A stretch of 64,000 nucleotides of DNA from Leucoraja erinacea (lineage: Eukaryota). The stretch is from NCBI RefSeq assembly GCF_028641065.1, contig NC_073389.1:22940001-23004000 (forward strand), given 5' to 3'. This document shows, piece after piece, positions 23,330-36,147 of this stretch (position 1 is its first letter; each line of letters begins with the position of its first letter). A program made the translations under genes and the position numbers. A model generated the notes under the pieces. The model did no database searches. It worked only from the letters and a program-made list of their open reading frames with translations, and was not told the origin of the DNA.

Positions 23330-24245
23330 ATTTGTTATAAATTCATTGGATAGTTTCCTCTGTTGACCATTCTACTGTCTTGAGGGTTTTGTACATTGGT
23401 ACGTCCAACTTTATAGCTGCCAATGTAGTTGCAGCCCTAATGGAGTAAGATTTAAATGTTTCCCTTAGTGTCCACTCCAGCCTTTGTTAGGACTTGCTAA
23501 ACCATTTAGAGATGATCTGGACTGTCACTGTTTTGAGTGGCTATTAGTAGCTGATAAACGTGACATTTCTTCCTCTGATGATCTAGCATACTTCATGTAT
23601 GATAGTAAATGAGATATAATACAGCAATGACCATCTGTCGCATAGGCTCTGTACTTTGTTTTTAGGCCTGCTGACCCAGTCTGTTCCGTTTGACCCTATG
23701 ATAAATGTGACAGGTTTGATTCCCTGATGAAATCATCATGTTGTCCAGCCTTAGTTTCTGTAGTGACTGGACTCTTTGTGCCGTGACCAAGGCCATCAGC
23801 ATGACTGTTTACATAGTCAGTTTCTGTAATGATAGAGCTGTAGCTGGAGACCAGTTTCTTAACTTGGTCAGTACAAAACTCACATCCCATATATGAATGT
23901 ACCTAGTTCTTGGGGATTAATTTTAACATGCCCCTAATGAGTTTCGTTACCAGTGTGTGTGTCCCCACAGAATGCCGCTCTGTACGTTCGACAGGTATGT
24001 AGACAGAGCACTCCTGGCACAATTGTGGTACTATGACAAAGCCTCTCATCGTAATGGAGGCTTGCCAGGAATTCCAGAACAGATGGCTGTTCATATATCT
24101 GTGGGTGATGATAATAGTTATGAACGTACTTCCTATTTCTAGAGGATACCAAGTACTGTTGAATGAGTGGACTGTCTGTGACCCGCTGAAAAAATTCCGC
24201 CTATGGTCCGTCAGTCCTAGGTGTAGAAGAGGTGCTTTCAATTCT
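23330..24245 (-). pseudogene. Degenerate DIRS tyrosine recombinase ORF
   Basis: Frameshifted, stop-containing translation with an N-terminal VLEFLASL / GTHTLVTKL..G / YIHIWDV segment and a C-terminal relic of the H-x-x-R box (KSYSIRAA), followed by EWSTEETIQ*IYNK. Confidence 0.75.
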
Positions 24246-26699
24246 ACAATGAATAGGTTAATATAGATAGTAACATGGGTAACTCTCCATGTTGCTAGAA
24301 AGGACCAGTAAGTTTGAATGACGCGTGACTGCGTTCAGTAATTGGAAAATGCCTGATATTATATGGCTGGCACACAGTCCCTATGCCAATCTACTAGCAG
24401 TCTGATAGATAGTTTGTTCCCTGCCAGTTTCCATTAAGGCTGTACCATATTTACCAGCAAAGTCAGTGCCACGTGAACTGTGTTAGCAGTGAACCGCAGA
24501 TGACCTGTAGTTAACACATATGTGGGTACATCTAATTGGTAATCTAGCCAGCCATCTTGGTACGATGCTCGCCAGATAGTACCCTAGGATCAATACAGAA
24601 GCTGACACAAAGTTCCCATCTGAAAGAATATAAGTACGACCAAATGAAGTGGCCACCACCTCTGATTATGATAAGGATATTTAGTACACAAGTTTCTGTG
24701 ATTCTTATTGGATGTCTCCATAACATCTATAATGTATGTACGTAGTTTAATAATGCTTCAATTTGTTGCTCCCTTGTCTGAATGACGTTCAGTTCAGTAC
24801 ATGCTGAACTAAGGAGCAAGTAATGAATACCTCCACATTCTATATCAGTGGTTAGGGAGGTTCCAGGTTTGCATGTAAGGCCAGTGCATCCTGGTGAACT
24901 AGTATCATGTCTATTTCTAATTGTGCGGCCGATAATATCCCACTGATAGGACTTTAGAACTTTCTTTCGGTTCAATACCTTGTCCTGTTATGTTCCCGGA
25001 GGTAAATGTCTTGCCAACACCTCAGCAAAGGTATTGGCTTGCAGGTGATGTGTAGACATGTACTTAATGCTGGCAGCCATCCTGGCCTCTAGATCTTTGC
25101 CAGTCTGTTTTTGCTGAAAGTATTGCCCCACCATGTCCAGCAACTTGGTTTCCTCGTCCTCCATATGGGAATGTGGCTCCATCTCTGGTTCAGAATCTAA
25201 CACAGGCAGCCCTTCAATACCTCTTCCGAGGAGGATGAAACGTCAAGCAGCCCTTTATGGTAATCTGCTGAGGGACTTACACCTATGCCACTGTGGCTAT
25301 CGTCCATATCCTGGAGCCTGCCACTCTGGAGAAGTTCCTCCAACAACCGCTCCTGCCGACCTACGTGCTCTCGGGCACTAGTCGCACGCGGTTTTTGCCA
25401 CAGCCGGTCCCCATGCCTACGGGCACTGATCGCTCCTGGCCGCCCCATATAATTGTGCCGTTCCTCGCAGTCCCGGTTCACCTGTCGCTGACGGCCGAAC
25501 ATGCTGCAGCCTCTTGTACCGGTTTCCCAGCTCCGCAAAAGTGGCAGCTGCTGGCTGCGCTATATCCTGCAGCTGCTCATCCTTGCTCCGGTATCAGTAA
25601 GTATTATCCGGAGGTTGTTTCTCCACATCATTTTCGCAGTGATGTGCTTTGCCTTCCCGCCCGGTCTAGGATTTGATTTTCCCGGCGCGGGGTTTAAATC
25701 CGGCACAGCTGATGTCTCCCCTCCTTCAGGGTTATGTAAACCTGTGCCTTGGCCAGGGTCTGACCAAAATTGGTCCTGCCCACTCTCCTCCGAGCAGTAA
25801 GAGATATTCTGCAGCCCCACACGGGGTACCGCTGTGGGACTTACCTCTTGCCCACTGTGGCTAGCCTCCACATTCATGGGGCTGCCACCATGGAGGAGCT
25901 CCTCCACTTCCACCTGTTTCGGTGTGATTTGCACTTTCGGAGGTGGTGGTGCTGATTTCTTTCTTTCTTCCACCTTTTTCGGAGATGGTCTCTGTGAAAA
26001 TTTGTTGTAATTGATGGCCAGTCATGCAATTTATACTGGCTGCCATCCTTGGATCCCAGTCTCCACCATCCAGCAGCTTCTGGATTATGTAATCCTGTGT
26101 GGTCAGGGTCTGGCCCATCAGGGTCCTGCCTACTCCGTTTTATAGAGTTAGAGATCTCTAGGGGTCCCGCACGGGGTACCCATGTGGGGCTTACCTCCTG
26201 CCCACTGTGGCTAGTCTCCACATTCATGTGACTGCCACTGTGAAGGAGCTCCTTTTTTTTTTTTTCCTCCGCTGTTCCCGTCCCCCGTACACACGGGCAC
26301 TGGTTTGAGGGTTTTCCTCGCCCCACCGCTGACAGCACCGGTCCTGTATGTAGGTCCACCACTCCACACGGTCCCAGTACTCACAGGCACCTGTGCTGGC
26401 TGCTGTCATGCTGCAGCCACTTGTACCGGCTTCCTCCAGCGTGGGCTAGCGGGTCCACGCCGTCTCCGTACTTCCAGCGCCCTGGACCCATCTAATACTT
26501 TAACCAAAGGATTAACAAACAGATTCTATGAAAAACCCCTATTTTTAGGTCTACTCCATTTTCCCACATACCTATAGTAAGGGTCATAGCAACATAGAAA
26601 CATAGAAATTAGGTGCAGGAGCAGGCCATTCAGCCCCTCGAGCCTGCACCGCCACTCAATTCAATGGGGTCCGTGGGGTTGTACCCGATTCGTCGGGAT

Positions 26700-27185
26700 T
26701 TTTGCTGTGTAGCCGGTCAAACCGGCTCCAACGCTCTCAGCGCTCCTGGCTGCTCGTTTATCTCAGACCGCTGGGACTGACCCCGGTACTCACGGTACTG
26801 GTCCCTCGCGGTCGTTTGCAGCCGGTCAACCCCACTCCAATGCCCTCAGTTCTGGGCGCTCCCGCTGTTGGTCAGATTCGAACCGCTCGGACCGACCCCG
26901 GTGTTCACGGGACTGGTCCCTCGCTGCAGTTCCGCAGTCGGTCAAACCGGCTGTTAATCTTAAACTTAAACCGCTGGGACCGACCCCGGTGCTCACGGCT
27001 CTGGTCCTTCTGCGGTCGTTTTGCAGCCTGTCAAACCGGCTCCAATGCCCTCAGCACTGGCCGCTCCCAGCTGCTCGTAATCTTAAACCGCTGGGACCGA
27101 CCCCGGTGCTCACGGCACTGGTTTGCAGCCGGTCAGACCGGCTCAAATGCCCTCAGCACTGTCCGCTCCCGGCTGCTCGTAGGGA
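26700..27185. repeat. GC-rich diverged tandem repeat (about 105-115-bp unit, about 4.5 copies, one shortened) in the DIRS 5' region
   Basis: Recurrent gcagccggtcaaaccggctccaatgccctcagcact...ctgctcgt...aaccgctgggaccgaccccggtgctcacgg. Confidence 0.8.
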
Positions 27186-27479
27186 CCCCTGCTGCTGCTG
27201 CTGCCGGCTGCCCGCACTCCGCGGTTCTCCCCCGCCAGGTTTCCGCAGCCTTCATGGATCCGGTCCATGTCTCCACCTAAAAGGTAAGTGGAAAGGAACG
27301 CAGAGTCTCTTACCTGCTGTTCCCGACTTTCAAATTCTCCCGCTGGGGAACGTCGTTCCCCCTGTGTGACTCTTTGCAATGCGTGTAGCGATATGACATG
27401 CATGCGTCGTAAGCGGGCTTCTTCACGTAGCCACTCACGTGACTCCGAAGTAAAATAACTAAAATAGTATGTAAAAAAT

Positions 27480-28922
27480 AGGGAAGACTAGAGGGTGGCA
27501 AATGTTGTGCCTTTTTTCAAGAAGGGCTGCAGGGAAAATGTTGGGAACTATAGGCCAGTGAGCTTAACATCTGTAGTTGGTAAGTTACTGGAGAGTATTC
27601 TGATGGATAGGTTACACAGGCATTTGGATGGGCAAGTGCTGATTAAGGATAGTCAGCATGGGTTTGTACGTGGGAGGTCGTGTCTTACTAATCTGATTGT
27701 TTTTTTTGATGACATGACCAAAAAGGTTGATGAGGGCAGAGCTGTAGATGTTGTGTACATGGACTTCAGTAAGGCGTTTGACAAGTTTCCCCATAGGCTG
27801 CTCTGGAAGGTTATCCAAGGAGAGATACCTGAATGGATAGCAAATTGGCTCCTTTGAAAGAAGCAGAGGGTGATTGTGGAAGGTTTCTTTTCAGACTGGA
27901 GGCCTGTGACCTGTGATGTGCCTCAGGGTTCATTTGTAGGCCCGTTACTGTTTGTCATCAACATCAATGATTTGGATGAGAACATGCAGGGCAAGATTAG
28001 CAAGTTTGCTGATGATAAAAAAGTTAGTGGTTTTGCAGATAGTGAAGATGGTTGTGAAAGATTGCAGCAGGATCTAGATCGATTGGCCAGGTGGGTGGAG
28101 AAATGGTTGATGGAATTTAATACAGAAAAGTGTGAGGTGTTGCATTTTGGGATGTCGAACAAGGGCAGGACCTACACGGTAAATGGTAGGCCTCTGGATA
28201 GTGTTGTAGAGCAGAGAGATCTAGGAGTACAAGCACATGGTTCCTTGAAGGTCGAGTCATAGATAAGGTGGTCGAAAAGGCTTTTGGCACTTTGGTCTTC
28301 ATCAGTCAGAGTACTGAGTATAGGTTTAGAGGTCATGTTGCAGTTGTATAAGATGTTTGTGAGACCGCATTTAGAATATTGTGATCAGTTCTGGGCACCA
28401 TGTTATAGAAAAGATATTGTCAAGCTGGAAAGGGTTCGGAAAAGATTTACGAGGATGTTGCTAGGACTAAAGAATGTGAGCTATAGGGAGAGATTGAGTT
28501 GGCTGGGTCACTATTCCATGGAGCGCAGGGGAATGAGGGGAGATCTTATAGAGATTACAAAATCATGAGAGGAATAGATTGGGTAGATGCACAGAGTCCT
28601 TTGCCCAGAGTAGGAGAATCGTGGATTAGAGGACATAGGTTCAAGGTGAAGGGGAAAAAAAATTAATAGGAATCCGAGGGGTAACTTTTTCACACAAAGG
28701 GTGGTGGGTGTATGGAACAAGCTGCCAGAGGAGGTAGTTGAGGCTGGGACTATCCCATCATTTAAGAAACAGTTAGACAGGTACATGGATAGGACAGGTT
28801 CGGGGGGATATGGACCAAGCGCAGGCAGGTGGGACTAATGTAGCTGGAACATTGTTGGCTGGTGTGGGCGAGTTTGGCTCGAAGGGCCTGTTTCCACGCT
28901 ATATCACTCTATGACTCTATGA
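27480..28922 (+). mobile_element. 5'-truncated CR1 LINE (HER1-like), frameshifted RT
   Basis: ANVVPFFKKG..NYRPVSLTSVVGKLLE, QHGFVRGRSCLTNL, VYMDFSKAFDK, VPQGS, KFADD and RPHLEYC motifs. The 3' tail gggcctgtttccacgctatatcactctatgactctatga resembles the HE1 SINE tail. Confidence 0.92.
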
Positions 28923-29345
28923 AAGACACAACATGCTAGAGTAATTTAGCAGGTCAGGCAGCATTCTTGGAGAACATGATAGGTGACGTTTTGGGTCTGG
29001 ATCCTTCTTCTGACAGATTGCAGGTGCGGCCTTTTTCATAAAATATAATGAAATGTGTTTTGAAACTATATTGGAAATAACTGTAAATGTTGCCACCTGA
29101 ATTGATTCGTGTGACATTTATGACATCTTCAAAATGCAGTTAGACATGTCTCATAAATAAATGGACTCGAGCTTTTTGGGCAAGTGCTGGCTGGCCTTGC
29201 AGAACTTCAGTATAATTGACAGTTCAGAAATTGACAGTGTCGTCAAACTCCCAAGCCGGCTGGCCACACTTGGACAATTTCTGGCTGCTCTCCAGTGTTG
29301 GACTGCAACAGAGAATGATCTCCCAGCATGGGATATATACTTGAA

Positions 29346-30122
29346 CTAGACTATGTGGGACCCGTTGGGCCCCAGCATCACACGGGAGGGCTGGTCACCA
29401 ACGCAATATTTCACCTCTCCACCAATTCCAATATTGCTCGCCAGTGGGGGGGTGGGGGGCTGTCTGTTGTGCTAGTATGGGTGTTGTGGGCCGAAGGTAC
29501 TGGTTTCCAGAGGGCTAGTGTAGACATTGTGGGCCGAATGGATTCTTGGGCTGGCATCCAACTGTTGCAACAATTTTAAAAGCCTAGCCATGGCATACAA
29601 TTGGGCTGCAGCCACCTGACAACCAAAATTCATTTTGTGAACACAAACTTGTTAAAAAGGCGAGGCAAATTATTGGGCTGCAGCCACCTGACAACCAAAA
29701 TTCATTTTGTGAACACAAACTTGTTAAAAAGGTGAGGAAATCTATTAGGCTGCAGCCACTTTACAGCCGCATCGAGGGGACTCACCGTGGAGTAGACGTG
29801 CGTTCAGTGTTATTCGCAGCTCAGAGAGCCATGACCCTCTCGCTTCCTGGGTCTGGCTGAGACTGAATGAGGCACTACACTTCCGGGTTTTATAGTCCCT
29901 CCCCCTGCCACCAGCGGGGGCAGCAGAGAGAATGGGGAATGTTTTTTAAACATTAATATCTCTCTGATTTTTTATCGATGGGAAAAATCCTCCAGTCCGG
30001 GAAGGCGGAGGGGGGCTCTGAGCGAGGTGGCCAAAAATGACGACCATTGGTGGTGGTGTTCTCTCGGAAATCGCAGCACAGTGGGCCAAAAGTGGTCAAG
30101 ATCAGACTTTTAGTAATATAGG
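29346..30122 (-). mobile_element. Non-autonomous Helitron, copy 3
   Basis: The minus strand reads A|CCTATATTACTAAAAGTCTGATCTTGACCACT...GGGGCCC-AAC-GGGTCCCACATAGT-CTAG|T. It shares about 250 bp of 3' sequence and the TATA module with copy 2, and contains a 72-bp tandem repeat at 29600-29760. Confidence 0.8.
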
Positions 30123-30283
30123 TAAGAAATGGGATATATACTTGGGTCTTGTCCTTAGTGGCTGATGCTCAGGAAAATAATGAGGGCTTTGGTTAAGGCT
30201 AGTGCAGGTGAAGTGTTGACTCTAAATGCTGGAATAGTGCAGCATCCCTGGAGAACATGAAGGTGTTGGCTCCCTTTATCTCC

Positions 30284-30316
<33 letters not shown>

Positions 30317-30552
30317 ACAAAGGCAGTCTGAAGAAGAGTTCCAACCTAAAACATCACACATCCATGTTCTCCTAGGATGCAGCCTGACCTGCTGAGTTGC
30401 CCCAACTCTTCATGTCTCTCTTTGGTAGAAACTAGCATCTGCAGTTCCTTGTTATTGCATGTGAAGGGTTGTTTGGGAAGTAGCCTATCTTAAGCAAAGA
30501 GACATCCTTTAACAATACATTGGAAATAAGGATGACTTATTTGGATGATTTA

Positions 30553-30970
30553 AGGTGGTGAAAACTGCCCAACGCATCACCGGTTCCTCACTCCCCTCCA
30601 TTGAGTCTGTCCAAAGCAAGCGATGTCTGCGATGGACGCGCAGCATCGTCAAGGACTGCTCTCACCCCAGCCACAGTCTGTTTACCCTCCTACCATCCGG
30701 GAGGCGCTACAGGTCTCTCCATTGCCGGACCAGCAGGTCCAAGAACAGCTTCTTCCCTGCGGCTGTTACATTACTTAACTCTGTACCTCGGTGATTGCCA
30801 GTCACTCAACCCCCCCGGACATTCCTTCCCCCAGAAAAATTGCACTACTACGACTGTATGTATGAATATATATTTATTGCTCATTATTCTATGTTCGCTC
30901 TTCTGGGGAGATGCTAACTGCATTTTGTTGTCTCTGTACTGTACACTGCACAATGACAATAAAGTTTGAA
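30553..30970 (+). mobile_element. 3' end of a Rex1/L2-group LINE
   Basis: VKTAQRITGSSLPSI..IVKDCSHPSHSLFTLLPSGRRYRSLHCRTSRSKNSFFPAAVTLLNS, ending caatgacaataaagtttgaatc. Confidence 0.82.
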
Positions 30971-31244
30971 TCCGAATTGGACTTGCTTCCCATCTGGGTT
31001 CTGAAGTGACTGATGAGACCAATGTTGGAAGAGCAAACCTCTACCTAGATGAGGCAGGAAGTGGCTGACAGGGGGAATGATAGATAGTTTAAGTTATCTG
31101 TTCCTTCTGCCACTGACACAAAGCTCCTGTGTGTTCCCAATGTTTATATTCATAAGTGATAAGAGTATAATTAGGCCATTCGGCCCATCAATGCATGGAG
31201 TCAATGTTCTTACTATCATTCTGAATATTCCTTCTCTCCTGTGA

Positions 31245-31530
31245 ACAAGGGTTCCCAGGAGTCACTTCAAGGAAACTTTGAGTACTTCCTTAAACCATTT
31301 TTCTGCCTGACTGGTAATCTCTTCACAGGAGCTCAGAACATAATGTGTACCTCAGGACTCTGGTGTTGGTCATGGAACAGCCCTGTGTAAGTTCATGAGT
31401 ATAACAATGGCATCAATACTGGAGACATTGGCCCAGGAGAGGATGTTGACATTGATTCACTTGTTCTTCCAGTAAATTTGGAAGGTTTTGCAGAGAGGAC
31501 ATTTGTGGCTTTATTCCAGTTCTTGCTGTA
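31245..31530 (-). mobile_element. Degenerate RTE-clade LINE fragment
   Basis: The minus strand resembles an RTE RT C-terminus (L.K..QIYWKNK*INVNILSWANVSSIDAI...LCSEL...RQK.WFKEVLKVSLK). Confidence 0.5.
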
Positions 31531-34093
31531 GGTTGTCCAAACATTATCAAAACCTTTGTAAGGCTGAGATATAGAAACTAAATCAATCTAAAGAAAATGT
31601 CATGGTACTTCCCTTAAAGGCACTATTGCAGGATATAACACATTAAATAATAGTTTTACAATAAAAAATATTGAATTAATAATTAGTGTAAATTATAAAA
31701 TTGAATAACCTCTAATTATACCTCCCAGTGAGTTTTAAGAGGCCAGAGGAATATTGAGTTTACACAAAGATTATATGTTCTAACTGTCCAATTACTAAAT
31801 TTGTTACAGGATAATAAGAAATATTATTTTTCTGCTGCGTTTTTTTATTTTATGAGCCGATTAATTATTCATAGAAGTGAATAAGGTTTGCCTTTAAACT
31901 ATTTGTAAAATCTGTTGGGTGTTTGAATCTTTAGTTAGGCATCTCTCCTTTAGATGAATATGTTAAAATGATTATGATTGGAAACAACTCGACCTCCTTA
32001 AAAATATTATCCAGAAAAAGAAAACATTTTGACACATTTCATAACTAGTGCTCTGGGATCGTGGGATCAACATTTGGGAAAGAGGAAAAAAAAGGAATTG
32101 TTTAATCAGAAGTACCCTGCAGCATTTGTAGAACTAGTTTTATTACTTGTACCTGGGCTAAAACAATTGTGGGCTAAATGTCAAAAGCTCAAAGCTCAGG
32201 GCACTTAATGCTGAAATTCAGCTTTATTTTTCTGCCATTATTCCATCTGAAAGGTAAGCACAAAAGACCTCATGAACTGAATCTTCTCAACTTGGGATTT
32301 AGTAAGTCAAGTTGGTCTTAATTTGAACAATGTTACTATATATATATAAAGATATTGGTGAAGGTCACGTGAAAAAAAGCTGGAAATTATGGGAAGAGGG
32401 AGCAAGGAACAGGCAATGGAGCAGATTAACTGGAGCAGAGAAATGGAAGTGAATGAAAGGAATCCCCCAGAACACAGTAAGAACAGTGATGATCATTGAG
32501 GTACAGGCTAGAAAAGAACAAACACAAACTAGAGAAAAAGACAATGTGCTGGAGGAACTCAGTGGGTCAGGACCTTTCCTTGGAGGTAATGGACTGAAGA
32601 CATTCTGGGTCAGGACCTTCCCTCAGATTGATTGTACTTTGAGGAGATTTTGTTGTGGAACAGTAGAGCGGACAAATAGGAGCTAAGCTGAAGATATACA
32701 TATTCCTTTTATAGACAAAATGCTGGAGTAACTCAGTGAGTCCGACAGAATCTCTGGAGAAAATGGTTAGATGACATTGAGTCAAGTCCCTTCTTCAAAC
32801 CCAAAAGTCCCGACCAGAAATGTCACCCATCCATTGTCTCCAGAGATGCTGCCTGACCTGCTGAGTTACTCCAGTCTCCAGCATTTTGTGTCTAGCTTTG
32901 GTATAAACCAGCATCTGCAGTTCCTTTTTATTGCATATTCCTTTTGTTGTAAATAGATTTGTTTTTCCTCAAATAGACACTCTTGCCATTCAGTGAGACA
33001 GTGAAATTAATGAGATAATGCTTTCAATTATACGGTGCTTTTTTCACATAGAACCATCTCCGATATATTAACTCTACATGCTATTTACCCTTCCCAATTA
33101 ATGCTGTGGGTAAAATGTTCACAATGCTTGTCACATTATTTGAGTAACTGCACCAACACACTGACAGCTTTACAAGAAAATTAAAGTTACAAAACAAAAT
33201 GATGTTCAGTTGACATTAAAATACTTGACTTTGTACAGCAAGCTTCATATCCAAAGTGTTTAATTATTTCCTAAGTTTAGTCAGTGCTGTCAAATGTAAA
33301 CCCTATAACCAATTTGCAAACTTAAACATCCCCCACAAATAGCAATGTGATTTTTTTTGTTCATTGATTTTTTGGGGCGGGCACTTGGTGTCACTGACAA
33401 AACTACCACTTATTGCCCATCCCTGAAGCAATGAAAGATCTGCTTTCATGAACTGCTGTAGTCCTTCTATTGAAAGTGCTATTGGATTGGGAGTTCCACG
33501 ATTTAGACCTAGCAACCATTAATGAACAACGACAATTTCCAAGTTAGCAGGATTTATGACTTGGATGGTATGCCCTCAAGTCTCTTGGCGGTAAAGTTTG
33601 TGGGTTTGGGAGGTGCTGTTGAAGCAGCCTAGAAGGTACACAACAACCACAAATGAAGGAAATAAATGTTTAGGGTAGTGACCATGCTATTGTCATGCAG
33701 ATAACTTTGTCCTGGATGGTACTGAGTTACTTAATTGTTGTTGGAGTCGTACCCATCCAAGTTATTGGCGAGAGTCCATCATAATCTGCTATCTTGTGCC
33801 TTCGAAATGGTGGAAAGGCCTTGTGGTGTCAGCAGGTGAGTCGCTTGCCACAAGTTACCAATATTCGGACCTCCTCTGTGGCCATATCATTTATGTGTCT
33901 AGTCCAGTGGATTTCTGGTCAATCGTGGTACCCAAGTGGTGTTATTGGACTTGGTGACGGTAATTCCATTGAATGTCCACAGTATTTTGACTTTCTCTTT
34001 AGTAATTGTAATTGTTCTGTACTTTTATGGCACAAATGTTACTTCCTGTTCTTGTGTGCCAGCCCAGCATTTCTTGTTTCTTCATCAAACAGA

Positions 34094-34387
34094 GGGTGTC
34101 ACAGTAGTGCAGCAGTAGAGCTGCTGCCTTCACGGCGCCATAGACCCATGTTCGATCCTGACTACGGGTGCTGTCTGCACGGAGTTTGTACATTCTCCTT
34201 GTGACCACGTGGATTTTCACCAGGTACTCTGGCTTCCTCTCATATTCTGAGGACATGCAGGATTGTAGTCTAATTGGCTTCTGTAAATCCCTAGTGTGTA
34301 GGATAGAATTAGTGTATGTGTGATCGCTGGTCGACGCAGACTCGGTGGGCCAAAGGGCCTGATTCTAGCTATATCTCTAAACTAAAA
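34094..34387 (+). mobile_element. HE1-like V-SINE, full length
   Basis: tRNA-like head (GTTCGATCC B box), V-domain, and tail gggccaaagggcctgattctagctatatctctaaactaaa. Confidence 0.85.
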
Positions 34388-35461
34388 CATCTATTTCCTT
34401 TGTTTAGAGTATGATCTACACTGGAATATTTTCTTCTTTTGGTTCAATTTAATGTTAGTATTATCATCACACTTATTCAAACGTAGACACTCGTACGTCA
34501 CTTTTGGAATTGAGTTTCTGGTTCCATTATTGGAACGGGGAGATCCTAATTTTTTTTAAATGAGATCCAAGAAATTGCAGGGGCAGGAATCGTGATCAAA
34601 CAGCAGACTGCTGGAGAAACACCGTGGGTCAGGCAGTATCTGTGGAGGGAAATGGTCAGATAATGCTTCGGTTTAGGAGTTGTCTTTCGGGTCACAACTT
34701 AAAACATTGTCTGACCATTTCCTAAGTGGCTGACCCTAAGTCCTGAAACTGCTCTTTTGAACAGTTATTTAGCAAAGGACAACCTGTATCAATCAGATCT
34801 ATTCTATCCCTTTTCAGACATTCTCAGGCAACTCAACATAAAGGAGATATTCTTGACATGCCGATGGGACGCTATCTCAATGGGGAATGTGTGGTGGTCA
34901 TTTTTATCAATGCTGTCATGTACAGATGCACCGGCTCTAGGTAGATCAGTGAGATCAGACCTGGCCATTAATTAGCCAGAATGGATTTATACTTACCATG
35001 AATAGGATACAACTTGAGCTGGTTTCAACTTTGTCAGGTAGGTGCACCAGTGGAACGTCTTGGTTGGAGGTGCAGATGGTCTGGAGAAACATATCTTCAG
35101 TAATGTAGCCAAGACATTGTCTGAACCCATAACCTTTTCCATATCCAGTGCTCTCAGCTGTTTCCTAATATTAAGTGGAGTAATTAAAACTGACTGAAGA
35201 CTGTTGTTTGTGACGGTGGGGATCTCAGGAGGAAGGCGAGATGTTTCATCCACTCTGCATTTCTAACTGAACGTGACTGCAAATGTTTCACTTGTTGGTC
35301 TCACTCAGTGATGGGAATATGTATGGACCTACTCGCACCAGCTGTTGAATATCTATCACTATTCATGACTAGGTGTGACAGAACTGTAGAGCTTTGCTTT
35401 GATCTGTTGCGTTTGGAGATTGCTTGGCTCTGTTTAGGGCTTTCTGTTTAGTATGCATGTT

Positions 35462-35800
35462 GGCGGCACTGTGGCACAGCTGGTAGAGCTAGTGCCTCAA
35501 AGCACCAGAGACTCTGGTTTGATCTCCACCTCGGGTGCTGTCTGTGCGGAGTTTGCAGATTCTCCCTGTGACCCTGTTCCTCTGGATGCTCCACTTGGGT
35601 ACTCTGGATGGTCCAGTGGGGTGCTCCAGTTTTAGCCCAAACCCCAAACACTTGCAGATTTGGAGGTTAATTGGTCTCTGGAAATTGATCGTACTGTGTA
35701 GGAAGTGGATGCTAAAGTGGGATAACAGTGTGAACAGGTGATCAATGGTTGACTTGGGCTAAAGGGCCTTTTTCCATCCTGTATCTCTAAACTAAATTAA
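35462..35800 (+). mobile_element. HE1-like V-SINE
   Basis: ggcggcactgtggcacagctggtagagctagtgcctc...ggtttgatc...gtatctctaaactaaattaaa. Confidence 0.85.
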
Positions 35801-36147
35801 ATGAGTTCTGTGTTTCAGCTTCACTCGGTAGGTTCCGCATTTTTAGGCATTCCTTGTGATTTTCCCCAGTGACCCACTAGTTTAACAGGGTGTGAGTAGA
35901 ATGAAATATGGCTTGGCATTTTATTTACAAATGATGGTAGGGTACATTTTTGCTGTTGATAGTCCACAGCACCTCATGGGTGTCCAGTTCTGACCTTCTA
36001 GATCTATTCTGATATTCTAATATTTTTGTTATGTGATATGACTGAGCAAGGAACAGTCAATGATGCCTGTTTTGGAATTTGCAATGTTCCACAGATTCTT
36101 GGGCATGCTTTTCTGCAGGTACAAAGAGTCTCATCATGCCCGTCTTT

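Larger units (their letters stand above)
22784..27456 (-). mobile_element. DIRS1-type tyrosine-recombinase retrotransposon, both ends intact, coding region decayed and internally deleted
   Basis: Inverted repeats TACGTGAAGAAGCCCGCTTACGACGCATGCRTGTCAT at 22859-22895 and 27393-27429. The internal complementary region 23007-23119 equals the reverse complement of 22784-22863 joined through TTTT to the reverse complement of 27420-27456. Minus-strand recombinase remnants: VLEFLASLHYDE, VGTHTLVTKLIRG..RYIHIWDV, ISKW..QVLTKAGVDT..FKSYSIRAATT..W. Confidence 0.9.
33355..36050 (-). mobile_element. Old fragmented CR1-clade LINE interrupted by two HE1 SINEs and a fold-back repeat
   Basis: ORF 34993-35253 (NIRKQLRALDMEKVMGSDNVLATLLKIC) resembles the pre-RT segment LKALD..KAMGPD.IP..VLK.C. 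The flanks are diverged LINE-like sequence and the boundaries are uncertain. Confidence 0.5.

Noticed and set aside
25133-27403. Dense cluster of GC-rich ORFs suggesting a host gene or CpG-island promoter
   Set aside because: It lies wholly inside the DIRS element boundaries and is explained by decayed gag plus tandem repeats.
30283-30316. Long poly-C run (and poly-G near 46036-46051) as a functional element
   Set aside because: These are homopolymer expansions within repeat copies, and their length may be a sequencing artefact.
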